Shown in pieces: positions 1 through 12,789 of a DNA stretch of 64,000 nucleotides. Position 1 is the stretch's first letter; every line of letters begins with the position of its first letter. Source of the stretch: Haliotis rubra (lineage: Eukaryota); NCBI RefSeq assembly GCF_003918875.1, contig NW_025767612.1:2294001-2358000 (forward strand), written 5' to 3'. The position numbers were made by a program, and so were the translations under genes. Below the pieces are notes generated by a model that was given only the letters and a program-made list of their open reading frames with translations, searched no databases and was not told where the DNA came from.

Positions 1-178
1 ATCAATGTTCGCTGTCTTTTCCGACAAGAGTGAAGAAGCAAGCTATCACAGCCTGTGTGGTTTGAAAGAAGGGTGAACTGGTATGGCAAGATGGCTGAAA
101 TAGCAGACGACATTTACCTTAAGCCGTAGCTGACTGACTTTGGGAAGCCTACCTAAACAGAATGTGTGGACCTAAGGA

Positions 179-1036
179 ATGAATGCACCTTCGAGGGACG
201 TCTGTCACGGAACTGATCTCACGGACACTGGGCTGTACAGATGTATTAAATCATGTAATACCGCATCGGCTCTGTTATGTATTGAACAAGGGGAAGATGT
301 ACATTCAAGGTGTAAGCTTACAGGAAGGACGTATTTGCATCTTGTGATTCTAGCTGCACGGTCGACGACTGAGAAACAGTATGTACCGTTTGTTTATTTG
401 TTGTCTAATTCCGAGATCGATTTGGATCGTCGTGACAACGATGGGCAGACAGCTCTGCAACTCTCAATCAAAGGCAATCTACTTCAGATGATGGTAGCTG
501 TGCTGAAATGTGGCGCAACGGCGGATTCGGACGACGAAGAACTTATAGCCAAACACGCAGGGTATTTCGCGGCAGAGTATCGGTGTTCGTTCAGGAAGTT
601 CTCCCCGGGTTTGTGGCAATCGGTTGCAGATAACAACAGATTCCGGGTCAACAAACTAGTCAAGTCGTGGTGCAGAGTCAACATCAGCAAGGGCAAGAAC
701 AGTTTGATAGAATTTGCTAAGGAGAGCGGAGCAGACGACAGCCTAATTCAATTGCTAATCAAGAACGAAGCATCGATTGAGTTCGCTCATGCGACACTTG
801 CAGGAGATGAGGAAAGAATGAAGGTATTATTATGCAATGGATCGGTGGACCTGGCGACGCAAGATCTGTCCCACAGAGACAATTTCTTTGGCGCCTATAC
901 TCCATTAACTCTCGAGACTGCAGCAGTCAAGTATGGACACAGACATGTCCTCCCTCTCATTTCTGGACACGCATCAACTTCAATATCCTCTGAAACAAAA
1001 GACAACCCCAGCTCGGTCGTCTGCGCCATCGTTTGA
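179..1036 (+). CDS. Ankyrin-repeat protein with C-terminal CaaX box (285 aa, single ORF)
   Basis: Ankyrin-like motifs TGRTYLHL, DNDGQTALQLSI and LETAAVKYGHRHVLPLI. The protein ends in CAIV-stop. Confidence 0.8.
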   Translation: MNAPSRDVCHGTDLTDTGLYRCIKSCNTASALLCIEQGEDVHSRCKLTGRTYLHLVILAARSTTEKQYVPFVYLLSNSEIDLDRRDNDGQTALQLSIKGNLLQMMVAVLKCGATADSDDEELIAKHAGYFAAEYRCSFRKFSPGLWQSVADNNRFRVNKLVKSWCRVNISKGKNSLIEFAKESGADDSLIQLLIKNEASIEFAHATLAGDEERMKVLLCNGSVDLATQDLSHRDNFFGAYTPLTLETAAVKYGHRHVLPLISGHASTSISSETKDNPSSVVCAIV

Positions 1037-1663
1037 ACCAAACCATGACACTATCCCCAGGGTATTTTTGGATAAAGATAACTTGTCTTTCCAATGATGC
1101 GATCATTATGATACAGGAATTCAGGTATGGATTCGTTCAATGCAACGCTGTGTTGGTTATACATTAGCGTCACTGTTAAAAGGTACAGTTTTTATTACAA
1201 ATATGTGTTTTTTTGTTCAAGTAAGATTTTAAATAAGTGATATAAGCCTGAATATATTCTGAAAATTGAAACGCTTTATTGAGGGTGTAAAGAAAGGTGG
1301 AAATCCCTCTTTGGCATATATACTTTTGATTAGAGGTATTATATATGTTTGTTGCGATTGAAACATAAAAATGTTTGTTGACGATCGGATCCCATTGATA
1401 TTTCGACAATTTGTTTGGACGTAGGTACACAAATCAGTCTGAATACATCGTATCTCGATGGTGTTTAACTTACTGGGGCGTGAAATGGGGGGTTATTATG
1501 TTCTTATCTATTGATCCATGTCCATATCTTGTTACGCATTATTGGACCGAATGAAATGTTTGTGTTTTTGTTCAGGTAAAATTTTAATAAGTGATTCAAG
1601 TGTGAATCAATTCTGAAAAATAAAACGCTTTATTAAGGATGCTAAAGGGGGGTGTATATTATA

Positions 1664-1806
1664 AGTTGTTCACTGGTCACGATGGGTGCATGGGTTGATG
1701 TACCCTCGATGTTTGTTTATGTTCCCTGAGCCCGAAGGGCGAGGGGAACATAAACAAACATAGAGGGTACATTAACCCATGGGCCCCGAGGGACCAGTGA
1801 ACAACG
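1664..1806. mobile_element. Palindromic MITE-like element inserted in one copy of a local ~360-bp duplication
   Basis: Arms ttgttcactggtc...atgtttgtttatgttccc and gggaacataaacaaacat...gaccagtgaacaa surround a gcccgaagggc loop. Flanks 1200-1550 recur at 1555-1650 plus 1910-2165. Confidence 0.6.
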
Positions 1807-2736
1807 TATTTATCTTACCGAACACCTCAATGTTAATTTTGAATTGTTTGAAGCACGGGTACAAATCATTTTGTAGCCATCGCTAGATTTTGCTGACAAG
1901 AAAACAGATTTTGGTACATATACTTTTTGATTAGAGGCATTATACATATGTGTTGTGGTTGTTGCATAAGGCTTGTTTACGTTGGATCGAATAGGATTCC
2001 ATCGATATATCGACGATTTGTTTGGGCCTAGAGTATATACAAATCGGTCTGAATACGTCACGTCTCGATGGAGTTAACTTTGCTATCGAGGGGCGTGAAA
2101 GGAGGTTATTTATGTACTTATTTATTGATCTACGTGCGTCACGTGCTAAGCAATATTGGAACGAATCACACACATACCTCACCAGCAGTATTGTGTGCGA
2201 GGCACCTTCCAGTCTTCCGTAAGAACCTTATATCGGAAGACTTTCAGCAATAGATTAATAATTTATTTGTATTCTGGACGCTTGTGTGGTGTTGTTGATA
2301 TACACAGAAACTGTAATACCGGTTTATATTCACTCCGTTGAGCTCATGTTTTAAGGTATATATGCAAAACTACAATCGATACGTGTATACATGGTTGTCT
2401 TCTCACTGAGTTGCTTAGTGCTATTGCGTGCTACTGTATAGTGTTATTGTATACAGGGGCTCACCAACGAATTAATCCTCCTAGAGCCAACACAAGCTAT
2501 CGAATCTCCATTCTCCATTCACCAGGGTCACCATAGCCGTATTATTTTTTAAATATATAATACACAGTTTTTGTTATAAACTATTCTTAAATACCTGTGG
2601 TGTTTGTTGTTGTGTCCGTGTTAACAGTGGTTCCTGAAGTGCCTGGAGGACTGTAATAGTGAGTGAGTGAGTGAGTGAGAGAGTGAGTGAGTGAGTGAGC
2701 GGGGTTAAACTCCGCTTTGAACAGTATTCACGATGT

Positions 2737-2936
2737 GAGTGAGTGTAGTTGTACGACGCACTCAGCAATATTCCAGCTATATGGCGGCGGCCTGTAAATA
2801 ATTGAGTGATCTACGCATTTGCGATACGATGACATGTGTCAACCAAGTCAGCGAGCCTGACCACCCGAGCCCGTTAGTCGCCTCTTACGACAAGCATGGG
2901 TTACTGAAGACCAATTCTAAGCCGGATATCCACGGG
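2737..2936 (-). mobile_element. SINE-like family B copy (Meta-domain-like core, (ACTC)n tail)
   Basis: Contains the reverse complement of cccatgcttgtcgtaagaggcgactaa and of the gctggaatattgctgagtgc tail. About 15 copies occur in the window. Confidence 0.75.
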
Positions 2937-3053
2937 TCTACTCACGATGTATCACGGCGTGTCACATCAATGTGGAATGAAGACCAATTCTAAGCCGGAT
3001 ATCCACGGGTCTACTCACGATGTATCACGGCGTGTCACATCAATGTGGAATGA
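2906..3053. repeat. 72-bp direct tandem duplication
   Basis: tgaagaccaattctaagccggatatccacgggtctactcacgatgtatcacggcgtgtcacatcaatgtggaa occurs twice. Confidence 0.9.
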
Positions 3054-3212
3054 CAGCCCCTGATACAGGTATCACACATTTACAACATGGTATACGGGTA
3101 TGGTGTTGACAAACCTGGAAACGGTATCGGGGAGAAACCGGAATCAGTTTTCTAGCGTACCTAAGGGTCGCAACTCCGCACAGCGACTTGCGGCGGCGCC
3201 TTAGACCATAAG

Positions 3213-3351
3213 GGAGTGTCTCGCTTAGAAACAGCGTTAGAAAGACATATAGGTGTATAGACCTAACCCTATTACTATATAGAATAATAATAGGGTTAGG
3301 CCTTTACACCTATATGTCTTCCTAACGCTGTTTCTAAGCGAGACACGCTCC
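3213..3351. mobile_element. Foldback/hairpin MITE-like inverted repeat
   Basis: Near-perfect ~60-bp arms gtgtctcgcttagaaacagcgttag...ctaaccctatta and taatagggttag...ctaacgctgtttctaagcgagacac. Confidence 0.75.
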
Positions 3352-3377
3352 TATGCCCTAGACGAACAGCGAGAGCG

Positions 3378-3538
3378 TGAGTGAGCTGGGTTTTAAGCCG
3401 CTTTTAGCAATATTCCAACAATGTCACGGCGGATGATACCAGATATAGGCTTCACACATTGTACCCATGTGGGGAATCGAACCCGATCCTTCGGCGTGAC
3501 GAGCGAACGCCATGACCACTGGGCTACCCCACCGCCCC
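3378..3538 (-). mobile_element. tRNA-derived SINE family A
   Basis: Pol III A-box-like and B-box (ggttcgattcc) motifs on the minus strand, (ACTC)n tail, and TSD gacgaacag on both sides. Confidence 0.85.
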
Positions 3539-4020
3539 ATTGACGAACAGACCATGCACCAGCACACTATGGTATTCAAACGTCTTGATAAAATTACCAT
3601 CATCTAAGGGCTGGTATTGAATGACAGACTGGAATCAGAAGGATAGCTATGTCATTATATTATTCTATCCATCGCCTGTCTTCACAGTCAACACTGTCAA
3701 CTGTGTCCCTGGGCGCCATTGACGACGAGTGAACCCCTTCTCCCGTCAGTGCACTGCTGATGCTGATGATTGTGGCATCATCCTAGATCTTGAGATTTGT
3801 CCAAGTGATTTGATAGTGCCCAGATGTTAGGGTACACATCATGTGTTCATTTAAAGTCCCGAACGAGGCGTGCTAATTATAGCGTTATGAGGTATCTCTT
3901 CACTCGTACCCATAGCACCGGTGTCGTCAGCTGAAGGGATATCCCACTGTGACGTAGGTAGCTCACGTGTTATTTTAGGCCTTCCAACGCGATAGTATCC
4001 CTCGATGACTTCCTTTATTG

Positions 4021-4251
4021 TGAGTGAGTGAGTTTAGTTCTACGCCGCATTCAGCATTATTCCGGCCTGTAAATAATCGAGTCTGGACCAGACAATCCAG
4101 GGATCAACATCATGAACATCGATCTACGCAATTGGGATACGATGACATCTGTCAACCCAGTCAGCGAGCCTGACCACCTGATCCCGTTAGTCGCCTCTTA
4201 CGAAAATCATGGGTTACTGAAGATCAATTCTAACCCGGACCTTCACGGGTC
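4021..4251 (-). mobile_element. SINE-like family B copy
   Basis: Full-length copy with TSD tcctttattg. Confidence 0.85.
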
Positions 4252-5163
4252 TCCTTTATTGAAGGAACTCTTCATTATAAATTATTAAACGCATGTACAA
4301 GGACGATTTTGTTGAGAATCCTTGTCTATATTGCGTTAGAAGTAACTTAATCTTAGTCCCAAGCGTGGCGTTCCGAGTACAATCTTCGGACATCGAATAC
4401 TCCAGCACGCATGGGACACGTAACATTTATCTCCTGATACGAGCTCATTACAGAAGGTTCAAGGGGTGTCTTAGTTGTTTGGGGCGTCCATAGTCCCTCC
4501 AGAGGTAGTGAAATTAGAATCCCTATGGATGGCCTAGTACTTTGGGGGCGTCCTTGATTCCTCCACAGGTAGTGAAATTCGTATCTCCAGAGATGGCCTA
4601 GTGCTTTGGGGACGCCCTTAGCTCCTCCAGAGGTAGTGAATTCGAATCCCTAGGGGTGGCCTAGTGCTTTGTGGACGTCCTTAGTTCCCCCAGAGGTAGT
4701 GAATTTCGAATCCCTAGGGATGGCCTAGTGCTTTGTGGACGCCCTTAGCTCCTCCAGAGGTAGTGAAATTCGATTCCCTTGGGGTCACGCAGTGCTTTGG
4801 GGTTGTCCTTTGTTCCCCCAGAGGTAGTGAATTCGAATCCCAGATTCTTATGTCTGTTTAAGTTTTTTCGTCGTTTTTCTTGTGAATCACCCAATGAGTT
4901 GGTTAAGATTACATTCCCTTGCTATCCCATATCAGATGAATAATATGAAAATGTAAGAAAGAAACCCATTAAATGTGACCTAAACATTCAGCAACATTGT
5001 TGTAACTGAAATCTGAGTTGGCTTTTAACGGCGCTACCCTGATCATCAGTATATATTTATATAGTCTATATTCATGTTCAGTGTCAATATGATATGTTCA
5101 AAAAGCCAACAAAGTATATAGAGGATGTTTAACTTCTTTCATACGGACTATTCACAACACCTG

Positions 5164-5323
5164 TGAGTGAGTATGGTTTTACGCCGCTTTTAGCAATATT
5201 CCAGCAATATCACGGCGGGGGACACCAGAAATAGACTTCACACATTGTACCCATATGGAGAATCGAACCCGATCCTTCGGCGTGACGAGCGAACGCTTTT
5301 AACCACTGGGCTACCCACCGCCC
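5164..5323 (-). mobile_element. Chimeric SINE family A copy at the duplication junction
   Basis: The left part matches the copy at 6203. The right part and its flank match the copy at 3378. Confidence 0.8.
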
Positions 5324-6202
5324 CATTGACGAACAGACCATGCACCAGCACTATTTATTAAACGCATGTACAAGGACGATTTTGTTGAGAATCCTTGTCT
5401 ATATTGCGTTAGAAGTAACTTAATCTTAGTCCCAAGCGTGGCGTTCCGAGTACAATCTTCGGACATCGAATACTCCAGCACGCATGGGACACGTAACATT
5501 TATCTCCTGATACGAGCTCATTACAGAAGGTTCAAGGGGTGTCTTAGTTGTTTGGGGCGTCCATAGTCCCTCCAGAGGTAGTGAAATTAGAATCCCTATG
5601 GATGGCCTAGTACTTTGGGGGCGTCCTTGATTCCTCCACAGGTAGTGAAATTCGTATCTCCAGAGATGGCCTAGTGCTTTGGGGACGCCCTTAGCTTAGG
5701 ATTCGAATCCTTTGGGGACGCCCTTAGCTCCTCCAGAGGTAGTGAATTCGAATCCCTAGGGATGGCCTAGTGCTTTGTGGACGCCCTTAGCTCCTCCAGA
5801 GGTAGTGAAATTCGATTCCCTGGGGGTCACGCAGTGCTTTGGGGTTGTCCTTTGTTCCCCCAGAGGTAGTGAATTCGAATCCCAGATTCTTATGTCTGTT
5901 TAAGTTTTTTCGTCGTTTTTCTTGTGAATCACCCAATGAGTTGGTTAAGATTACATTCCCTTGCTATCCCATATCAGATGAATAATATGAAAATGTAAGA
6001 AAGAAACCCATTAAATGCGACCTTAAACATTCAGCAACATTGTTGTAACTGAAATCTGAGTTGGCTTTAACGGCGCTACCCTGATCATCAGTATATATTC
6101 ATATAGTCTATATTCATGTTCAGTGTCAATATGATATGTTCAAAAGCCAACAAAGTATATAGAGGATGTTTAACTTTCATACGGACTATTCACAACACCT
6201 GT

Positions 6203-6362
6203 GAGTGAGTATGGTTTTACGCCGCTTTTAGCAATATTCCAGCAATATCACGGCGGGGGACACCAGAAATTGACTTCACACATTGTACCCATATGGAGAA
6301 TCGAACCCGGGTCTTCGGCGTGACGAGCGAACGCTTTAACCACTAGGCTACCCCACCGCCCC
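6203..6362 (-). mobile_element. tRNA-derived SINE family A
   Basis: A and B boxes plus the family tail. Confidence 0.85.
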
Positions 6363-6552
6363 TACCTTGATTGGAAATGGACGGTATATTGTGGAGTAAG
6401 TTCCTTAATCGCGAAAACAGTTTCTGTAAATCTCAGCTTCGGCCATTATGCATATTTCGCTGGAACCCACGTGATCTTTCCGCTCGTGACGTCAAATGTG
6501 CCTGGAGTCCGCCATATTGCCAAAGACCAAGCGCTACAGTAGTACAAATCAA

Positions 6553-6788
6553 ATGGTTTTATAGTGCTAGCCCACTGAGCCACAGTTAAGCATGAATACC
6601 CCGCTCAGATACATTATACTGACACGGAGCCGACCAGTCCTTGTTGTACCCATTACTGCCAAGCGCAACCAACAAGTTCCAAATTCAACGTCTTTTGGTA
6701 TGGCGCGGCCGGGGTTCGAACCCGCGACCTTCCGCTCTCTAGGTGGACGCTCTAACCACTACACCACGGATAGTGTAGGAGGCGGTGT
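6553..6788 (-). mobile_element. tRNA-derived SINE family C, partial
   Basis: Head gtggtgtagtggttagagcg...ggttcgaaccc and body matching 30314-30667. Confidence 0.75.
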
Positions 6789-7643
6789 CCTTTCGAAAGA
6801 AGAGAAGGGATTCACGTTTAGCCTGTGCGCGGCGTCAGAATATAATGTTCACTATTCTTTTAATAGTTTTCATGTTCCCTTTATATGTACATCACTGCAT
6901 TGTATCGTGCATGACCTGTTGATACAAAACTACAATTACATCATGAAGAATTGGTCTCTAGCGATCATGCTTGTCGTAAGCGGCGACTAACGGGATCGGG
7001 TGGTCAGAATCGCTGACTTGGTCCGTATCAGAATTGTACAGATCGATGGTCATATACGATATCAATACATGGATGTCTGGTTCAGATTCATCTATGTACA
7101 GACCACCAAAATATAGCTGAAATATTGCTGAGTGTGGCGTAAACAACAGACAAACGAAACATCGACTAATATTTTAATATTTCGTTTCACCTCAATATGC
7201 CGATGCAAGTTCCAGTCTAATGGTGAATGGAAGTACACTTCTCAAACTTTTGCTGTTCTTAAAAGCGACTAGAAATGTTGACTGACTGATCAAGATATTC
7301 TATTCAACCAGCTTACGAGTATTATTAGATACATCAAGCATTATCTTGAACATGTCAGGTTTTCCAGATTATTCCAATAATTCATCAAACGTAATTTCGA
7401 TCCAGTCAATATCCGTTGATATGAAAGATTAAACCAATTTCCACAGGAAACAACAAAACACTCTATAAATTCCCTTTTATTTCAAAGAGCCACGAGTGTG
7501 AGAAGTTCTTGTGGCTGAAGAACGACGTACTTGGAACAGGAACGATTCGCCATATCACAAAAAGGAAGTAGAGTAGAGTTATCTCCCCTTGAGTAGTAAA
7601 CGGGTTGCCAAACATACGAAGAGGGGAGACGAAAGCAATCAAA

Positions 7644-10600
7644 ATGTCAGCAATTTATCGCAGCATGATTGCTGCAGCTGACAAATTTGTTCCTCACAGT
7701 CTAGTGCCTTTGTGGAATAGTCCAGCAGGTACTCACATCATGTAAACCCGACTCGTCGCCATTACTTAGTGTGTCAAGGTCATAGATTGTTTCTGATTAA
7801 TAGAGATTCACTGTACTGAAAACAGAACCGCAAGAGAGGAATGTGTTTTGCTGGTGGCTACAAAATAATTCAACAATTCTCTTACTGATTATGGGGTGAA
7901 AACTCTCTTACGTCAGTTCAATGCATAATAAAAGATTATCATGGAATATTTTTCAGTCCTAGTTGGTGTTCGAAACCATTTAGTATGTACCTGTGAGATA
8001 TTCCAAATATTTTGTTATGTTCCAGTGCTATCTTGAAATTGCTAACTAAGAGTAAGACTCGTCATGTAAATGTCATACCATGTTGGATCAGGGCTCGCAT
8101 CTGCTTGGAAAAGCTTGAAATATGCACGTTTTACCCTAAAAATACCTTGAATTCGTTTAAGCCTTGAAAAGGCCCTAATTACCAATTATTTGCCTGATAC
8201 CCCAGTTTGGCCAAATTTGTCAGGTTATGATTTTGTAGCAGCTAAAACAAGTAGACAAAGTCATCAATATCCCCCGCAACGGCAAAATACTCTTTATGAA
8301 TATGTCTACTAGTTATGATTATGTCAAATGGTTTGGAGTGTATACAGCAAAGTGGAAGGAGAGTATTGAAAGGTTTTTAAGATCTGCTCCAGAGAGGAGC
8401 ACTATCCTCAAATTCAGTTGAAGCCTAACCTGTTGCCATGGCAACAAGATGACATCCTCATAGTCACAGCCAAAGTCACGTTTCCATGGAAACCACAAAA
8501 AATAAAATTCATACTGGGTGTAACCCCCCAAAGGCACATCTAGGGATCATGCTTGATATGTGTACCAAGTTTGATGAAGCTAGCATGTATAATTTAGGAG
8601 ATCTGCTATGGACAAGATGACATCTTCATAGCCACAGTGTAAAACCACAAAAAATAAACTTCATATCTGGGTCTAAACCCCAAAAGGCACATCTAGGGAT
8701 CATGCTTGACATATGTACCAAGTTGGATGAAGCTAGCATGTATAGTTTGGGAGATCTGCTCTGGACAAGATGACATCCTCATAGTCACAGCATAAGTCAT
8801 GTTTCCATGGAAACCGCAAAAAATAAAATTCATATCTGGGTGTAACCACCAAAAGGCACATCTAGAGATCATGCTGTGACATGTGTACCAAGTTTGGTTA
8901 AGCTATCACTAATAGTTTAGGAGATATGCTTCGGACCATGTGTGACGGACGGACGGAACTCGTTTCTATATCCCCGGCAACTTCGTTGTTGCGGGGGATA
9001 ACAAACAATACCTTGCAATTACAATGTGTTGAAACAAAACTTCCCAGAGCAACATTGTAGCTAAGAGTTACTTCCCTTTGATGGTTGGTCCCACATTCAA
9101 CCCACTTAATGTTTGTTCATGTTATACATGTATTTACATGTGTTTCTATTGGGCGTGAAAATTGTTGTTTGGCCTAAAAAGGCATTCAGTTTAATGTCTG
9201 ATAATCTGAAGTAAACCTTCACCTGTTGCTCATTTCTATGTTCTGTGTTTCAGGTCCAAAAACAATCTTCTTCTGGGCTCCTACTTTCAAATGGGTATGT
9301 TACCTGAATGCTAAAATAATTACAGTAACTGTCATCATAGTACATAGATAATACACATACTAGTGAAATACAAATGAATACTCTAATCAATTTAATATGG
9401 TACCTACATCATGTACGTGTTGATATGGTAAATGACTCTTAATTCAGATATCTAACATGAAAGTATTTGAAGGTAAAATCTGTATCGATCTCTTCTGAAG
9501 TTCCAAATGTGGCCATGATAGTTTGGAATGATGTCATATGTTTTCACTTACCCCGTTGGCTTGCTATTTACTTCCACTGGTCCTCACACAATCAATGTGA
9601 TTTTCTGATAGAAGATATCAACACCAAGCAGACGACATATCAGATGGCATTTTGACAGAACAAAAACTATGTCATGTCTTTATGATCTGTTTTGTCACTA
9701 GGGGGCCGTGGGGTAGCCTAATGGTTAAAGCGTTGGCTCGTCACGCCGAAGACCCGAGTTCGAATCCCCACATGGGCACAATGTGTGAAGCCCATTTATG
9801 GTGTCCCCTGCCGTGATGTTGCTGGAATATTGCTAAAAGCAGCGTAAAAACCAAACTCAGTCAGTCAGTGTTTTGTCACTAGAGTAATAGCAGGACAGTG
9901 CTTCTTGATCGACAAGCTACGAGTGTAGTCACATCTTGTTAAATATCACACATCTATTGAAAATGGCTGAGCTGAAATATATGTTGAACGGTATAATGGT
10001 ATGATTTTGAACTATGGCCAGATCTCATTATTTCTTATGGACAGCAGGGGTGGAAATAACTTAAAAATTGCTAGTGTACTCTGGTACAGTGGCACATGTA
10101 AAATCACTTTTTCCATTATACTGGCCAATTTTCTTGTTGATTGATTAAATAATCAACATTATTAACATTGGAAAGTCAACTGGACACCGGTACAGTGTGA
10201 TATACAAATTTGCTTGCCCGACCGAAAAAAACACTGGACTGGGGCATCGGGCAATGGGTTATTTCCACCCCTGGACAGTCACAATAATGTGCCTTGTCAG
10301 TGTCAGTACTTCCAACCAATTGTATGATTAAATGCAACATACAAGCAAGCACTTCAGTATGTTGAAGAGCCATGATATCTTCCTACAGTGATATATCCAA
10401 TCAATAATGATGGGTAAACTCTCTGCCATTTGGCACTTTTTAGTGTTAATTCATAAGTTTCAAAGAACTTTTCTATTTTACAGGCATTAGTTATTGCAGG
10501 TATAGGTGACATTGCTCGTCCTCCCGAGAAACTGAGTCTATACCAGTCATCAGCTCTTGCTGCTACAGGTAGGCTAATCAATGATGCAATATTGCTAGGT

Positions 10601-12789
10601 GCAAAATAAAACCCTTTTGGGATTAAGGATTACAAGTATCACTATGTTGATCATACTAGGCAAATACTTGGTAAAAGATTCGGAGAGTGACTGATTGCAT
10701 GTCACATCATGTCCTGGCAGTAATATATTGTATTGCAATATATTGTGATTCAGGTACCCACATTGAAATACATATTGAACTCTACTGAGAGCTGAAGTGT
10801 TTGTGTGATTAGCATTGGTTGTACATGCAGATCCTGTTTTGTACACTACTAAGGCCCTAAAATGTGTGTTATGGTTGCTGAAAGCGATGTAAAACTAAAA
10901 TCACTCACTACAGTATATAACATATAAAGTTTTGTAATAAATTATGAAAGGAAATATCAGTTGTGAATGGAAGTCTGTGTGGGCTTTACTTACATTATTG
11001 AGATAATCACAAAAGTTCATATATGGTTTTACCCACTATACCGTTTCTCAGAAGGTGTTTTGCAATACATGTCATTTGAAAAGTGTTTTTCAGTATACCA
11101 GTATGCTGGCAATGTATGATGTTGTTCATTATATAAGTGGCTGGTTTGTCTCGTCCAGACTTGATTAATATATGCCTTAAATGTTACGGAGTTCCACCAA
11201 CTTTTATACATGTATCTCCATTCTATTATTACCCAGGACCCATTCACCACCATAGCTTGGTTTTAAAAGTAATGCTGCCACCTCCAGTAATCAGTCTCCA
11301 GAATGATATGAAAATTCTCTCACTGGTGGGAGTAATGTGATTGGACGACATTGTGCTGTTTGAATCAGGCTAGAGATTAAGCTGTTTTGTAAAAAGGGGC
11401 CAGGTATTTATCTGGTAAAACAGACTCCATGGACAGATTCCATTCTTTGGTTCCTATAGTTGCAGCTACAGATAGCTGCAATATTACTGATACAGCACAA
11501 AACATTAACTAACTACCCTCCCTTTCGACCTGTGAATATCCGGGTTAGAACTGATTGTCAGTAACCCATGCTAGTCGTAAGATGTGACTAACTTAATCGG
11601 GTGGTCAGACTCGCCGACTTGGTTGACACATGTCACGCGTAGATCGATGCCCATGGAGTTGATCACTTGATTGTCTGGTCCAGACTCATTTATTTACAGA
11701 CCACTGCCATATAGCTGGAATATTGCTGAGTGTGGCGTTAAACAATCCACCAACCCTCTCTATCGTTACCCTCAGTATGTCATGTTCTGATCACATGTGA
11801 TTAATGTAATCTTCTTTGACAGGTTGTATATGGGCCCGCTACTCCCTTGTGATCATCCCAAAGAACTACAATCTTTTCATGGTGAACATCTTTGTCGGTT
11901 TGACAGGAATATTCCAGCTGAGCAGAATTTTTACGTAAGTTTAATGTGCTCCTCATTCTTGTTTAAAATACAAAGATGGTGATAACACATCCTCAGTACA
12001 TTATAAAGCATCAAAACGGAATGATGTTCGAAATGCCATTGTTGTTACTAATAGTAATAGTGTTATTATCTAAGACTGCACAGGGCATTGTGTAGTGTGC
12101 TACTTTATTGATAGATTCTACTATAACAGCACTGGTGTTTTGGCTTGGATTATGGAGTTTGATCTGCATTCTGAACATGAAAGCATTATAATGTCCTTGT
12201 TAGGTGAGGTGAGATGAAATGGTGTTTAACGTTGTACTTAAGAATATTTCGTTCATATGACTATGTGCATGCGTGTGTATGTGTGGCTGCTTGTACTAGC
12301 CCAGACTTAAACTGGTTTTATAGTGCTAGCTCACTGAGACACCATGCCGCAGTTAAGCATGAATACCCCACTCAGACACATTATACTGACTCTGAGCCGA
12401 CCAGTCCTTGCAGTACCCATTGATGCCGAGTGCCTGGTAGGGACCAACAAGTACCGTATTTTAACGTCTTTTGGTATGACATGGCCAGGGAGTGAGCCTG
12501 CGACCTTCCACTCTCTGCTTTTTCCCTAACCACTACACCACGGACACGGTTGAATGTCCTTGTAAATATGGTCTAATGCATACTTTGGTTGGTTACTTTC
12601 TTTCTTGGAAAGTGGACAGTTGCCTTGTTCAAGAAGACTTAATTCTGTGGCACACGTTTTGTATGAATCATGCTGTGTGATAATGCTTTCTGTTGCTGTT
12701 CCAACAGGTATAGAAGATCTCTTCAGGAGGGACAGCCTGCCTTACCAGCCCCAGAAACTAAAGCAGCTGAGGAAAAGAAAACTTCGTAG
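7644..12789 (+). CDS. MPC2: Mitochondrial pyruvate carrier 2 (134 aa, 5 exons)
   Basis: Exons 7644-7728, 9254-9294, 10484-10568, 11823-11934 and 12708-12789, all GT-AG with consistent phases (405 nt). Translation includes PLWNSPAGPKTIFFWAPTFKWALVIAGIGDIARPPEKLS...CIWARYSLVIIPKNYNLFMVNIFVG, the hallmark MPC2 motifs. Confidence 0.96.
8244..9004 (+). mobile_element. Non-autonomous Helentron/HINE-like element in MPC2 intron 1
   Basis: 5' aaaacaag start, subterminal tatcccccgcaac with inverse gttgcgggggata at the 3' end, 3-4 internal ~150-170-bp tandem units, (GACG)n microsatellite, 3' hairpin and A-rich end. Confidence 0.7.
9701..9870 (+). mobile_element. tRNA-derived SINE family A
   Basis: Full copy with TSD tgttttgtcactag. 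Confidence 0.85.
10045..10273. mobile_element. MITE with 16-bp TIR
   Basis: TIRs caggggtggaaataac and gttatttccacccctg, flanked by an apparent 5-bp TSD gacag. Confidence 0.8.
11526..11745 (+). mobile_element. SINE-like family B copy
   Basis: Matches the family consensus. Confidence 0.75.
12202..12550 (-). mobile_element. tRNA-derived SINE family C (V-SINE-like body, (CACCT)n tail)
   Basis: Full copy with TSD aatgtccttgt at 12190 and 12553. Confidence 0.85.

Larger units (their letters stand above)
4283..6362. repeat. ~1.07-kb near-identical tandem duplication containing a ~60-bp minisatellite
   Basis: ORFs 4293-4493 and 5366-5566 are identical (offset 1073). The internal unit ctccagaggtagtgaaattcgaatccctagggatggcctagtgctttggggacgcccttag repeats at about 4490-4845 and 5565-5885. 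Confidence 0.9.

Noticed and set aside
4490-4845. CRISPR-like array or rRNA fragment (agaggtagtgaaattc)
   Set aside because: The whole 60-bp unit repeats with no unique spacers and no cas genes, in a eukaryotic context. The resemblance to SSU rRNA is only about 12 nt.
4293-5566. Two identical 66-aa ORFs as a duplicated gene
   Set aside because: The identity reflects the recent duplication. There is no domain or splice support.
9701-9775. tRNA genes at SINE heads
   Set aside because: The A/B boxes continue into SINE bodies with tails and TSDs. I could not support an intact cloverleaf or terminator.
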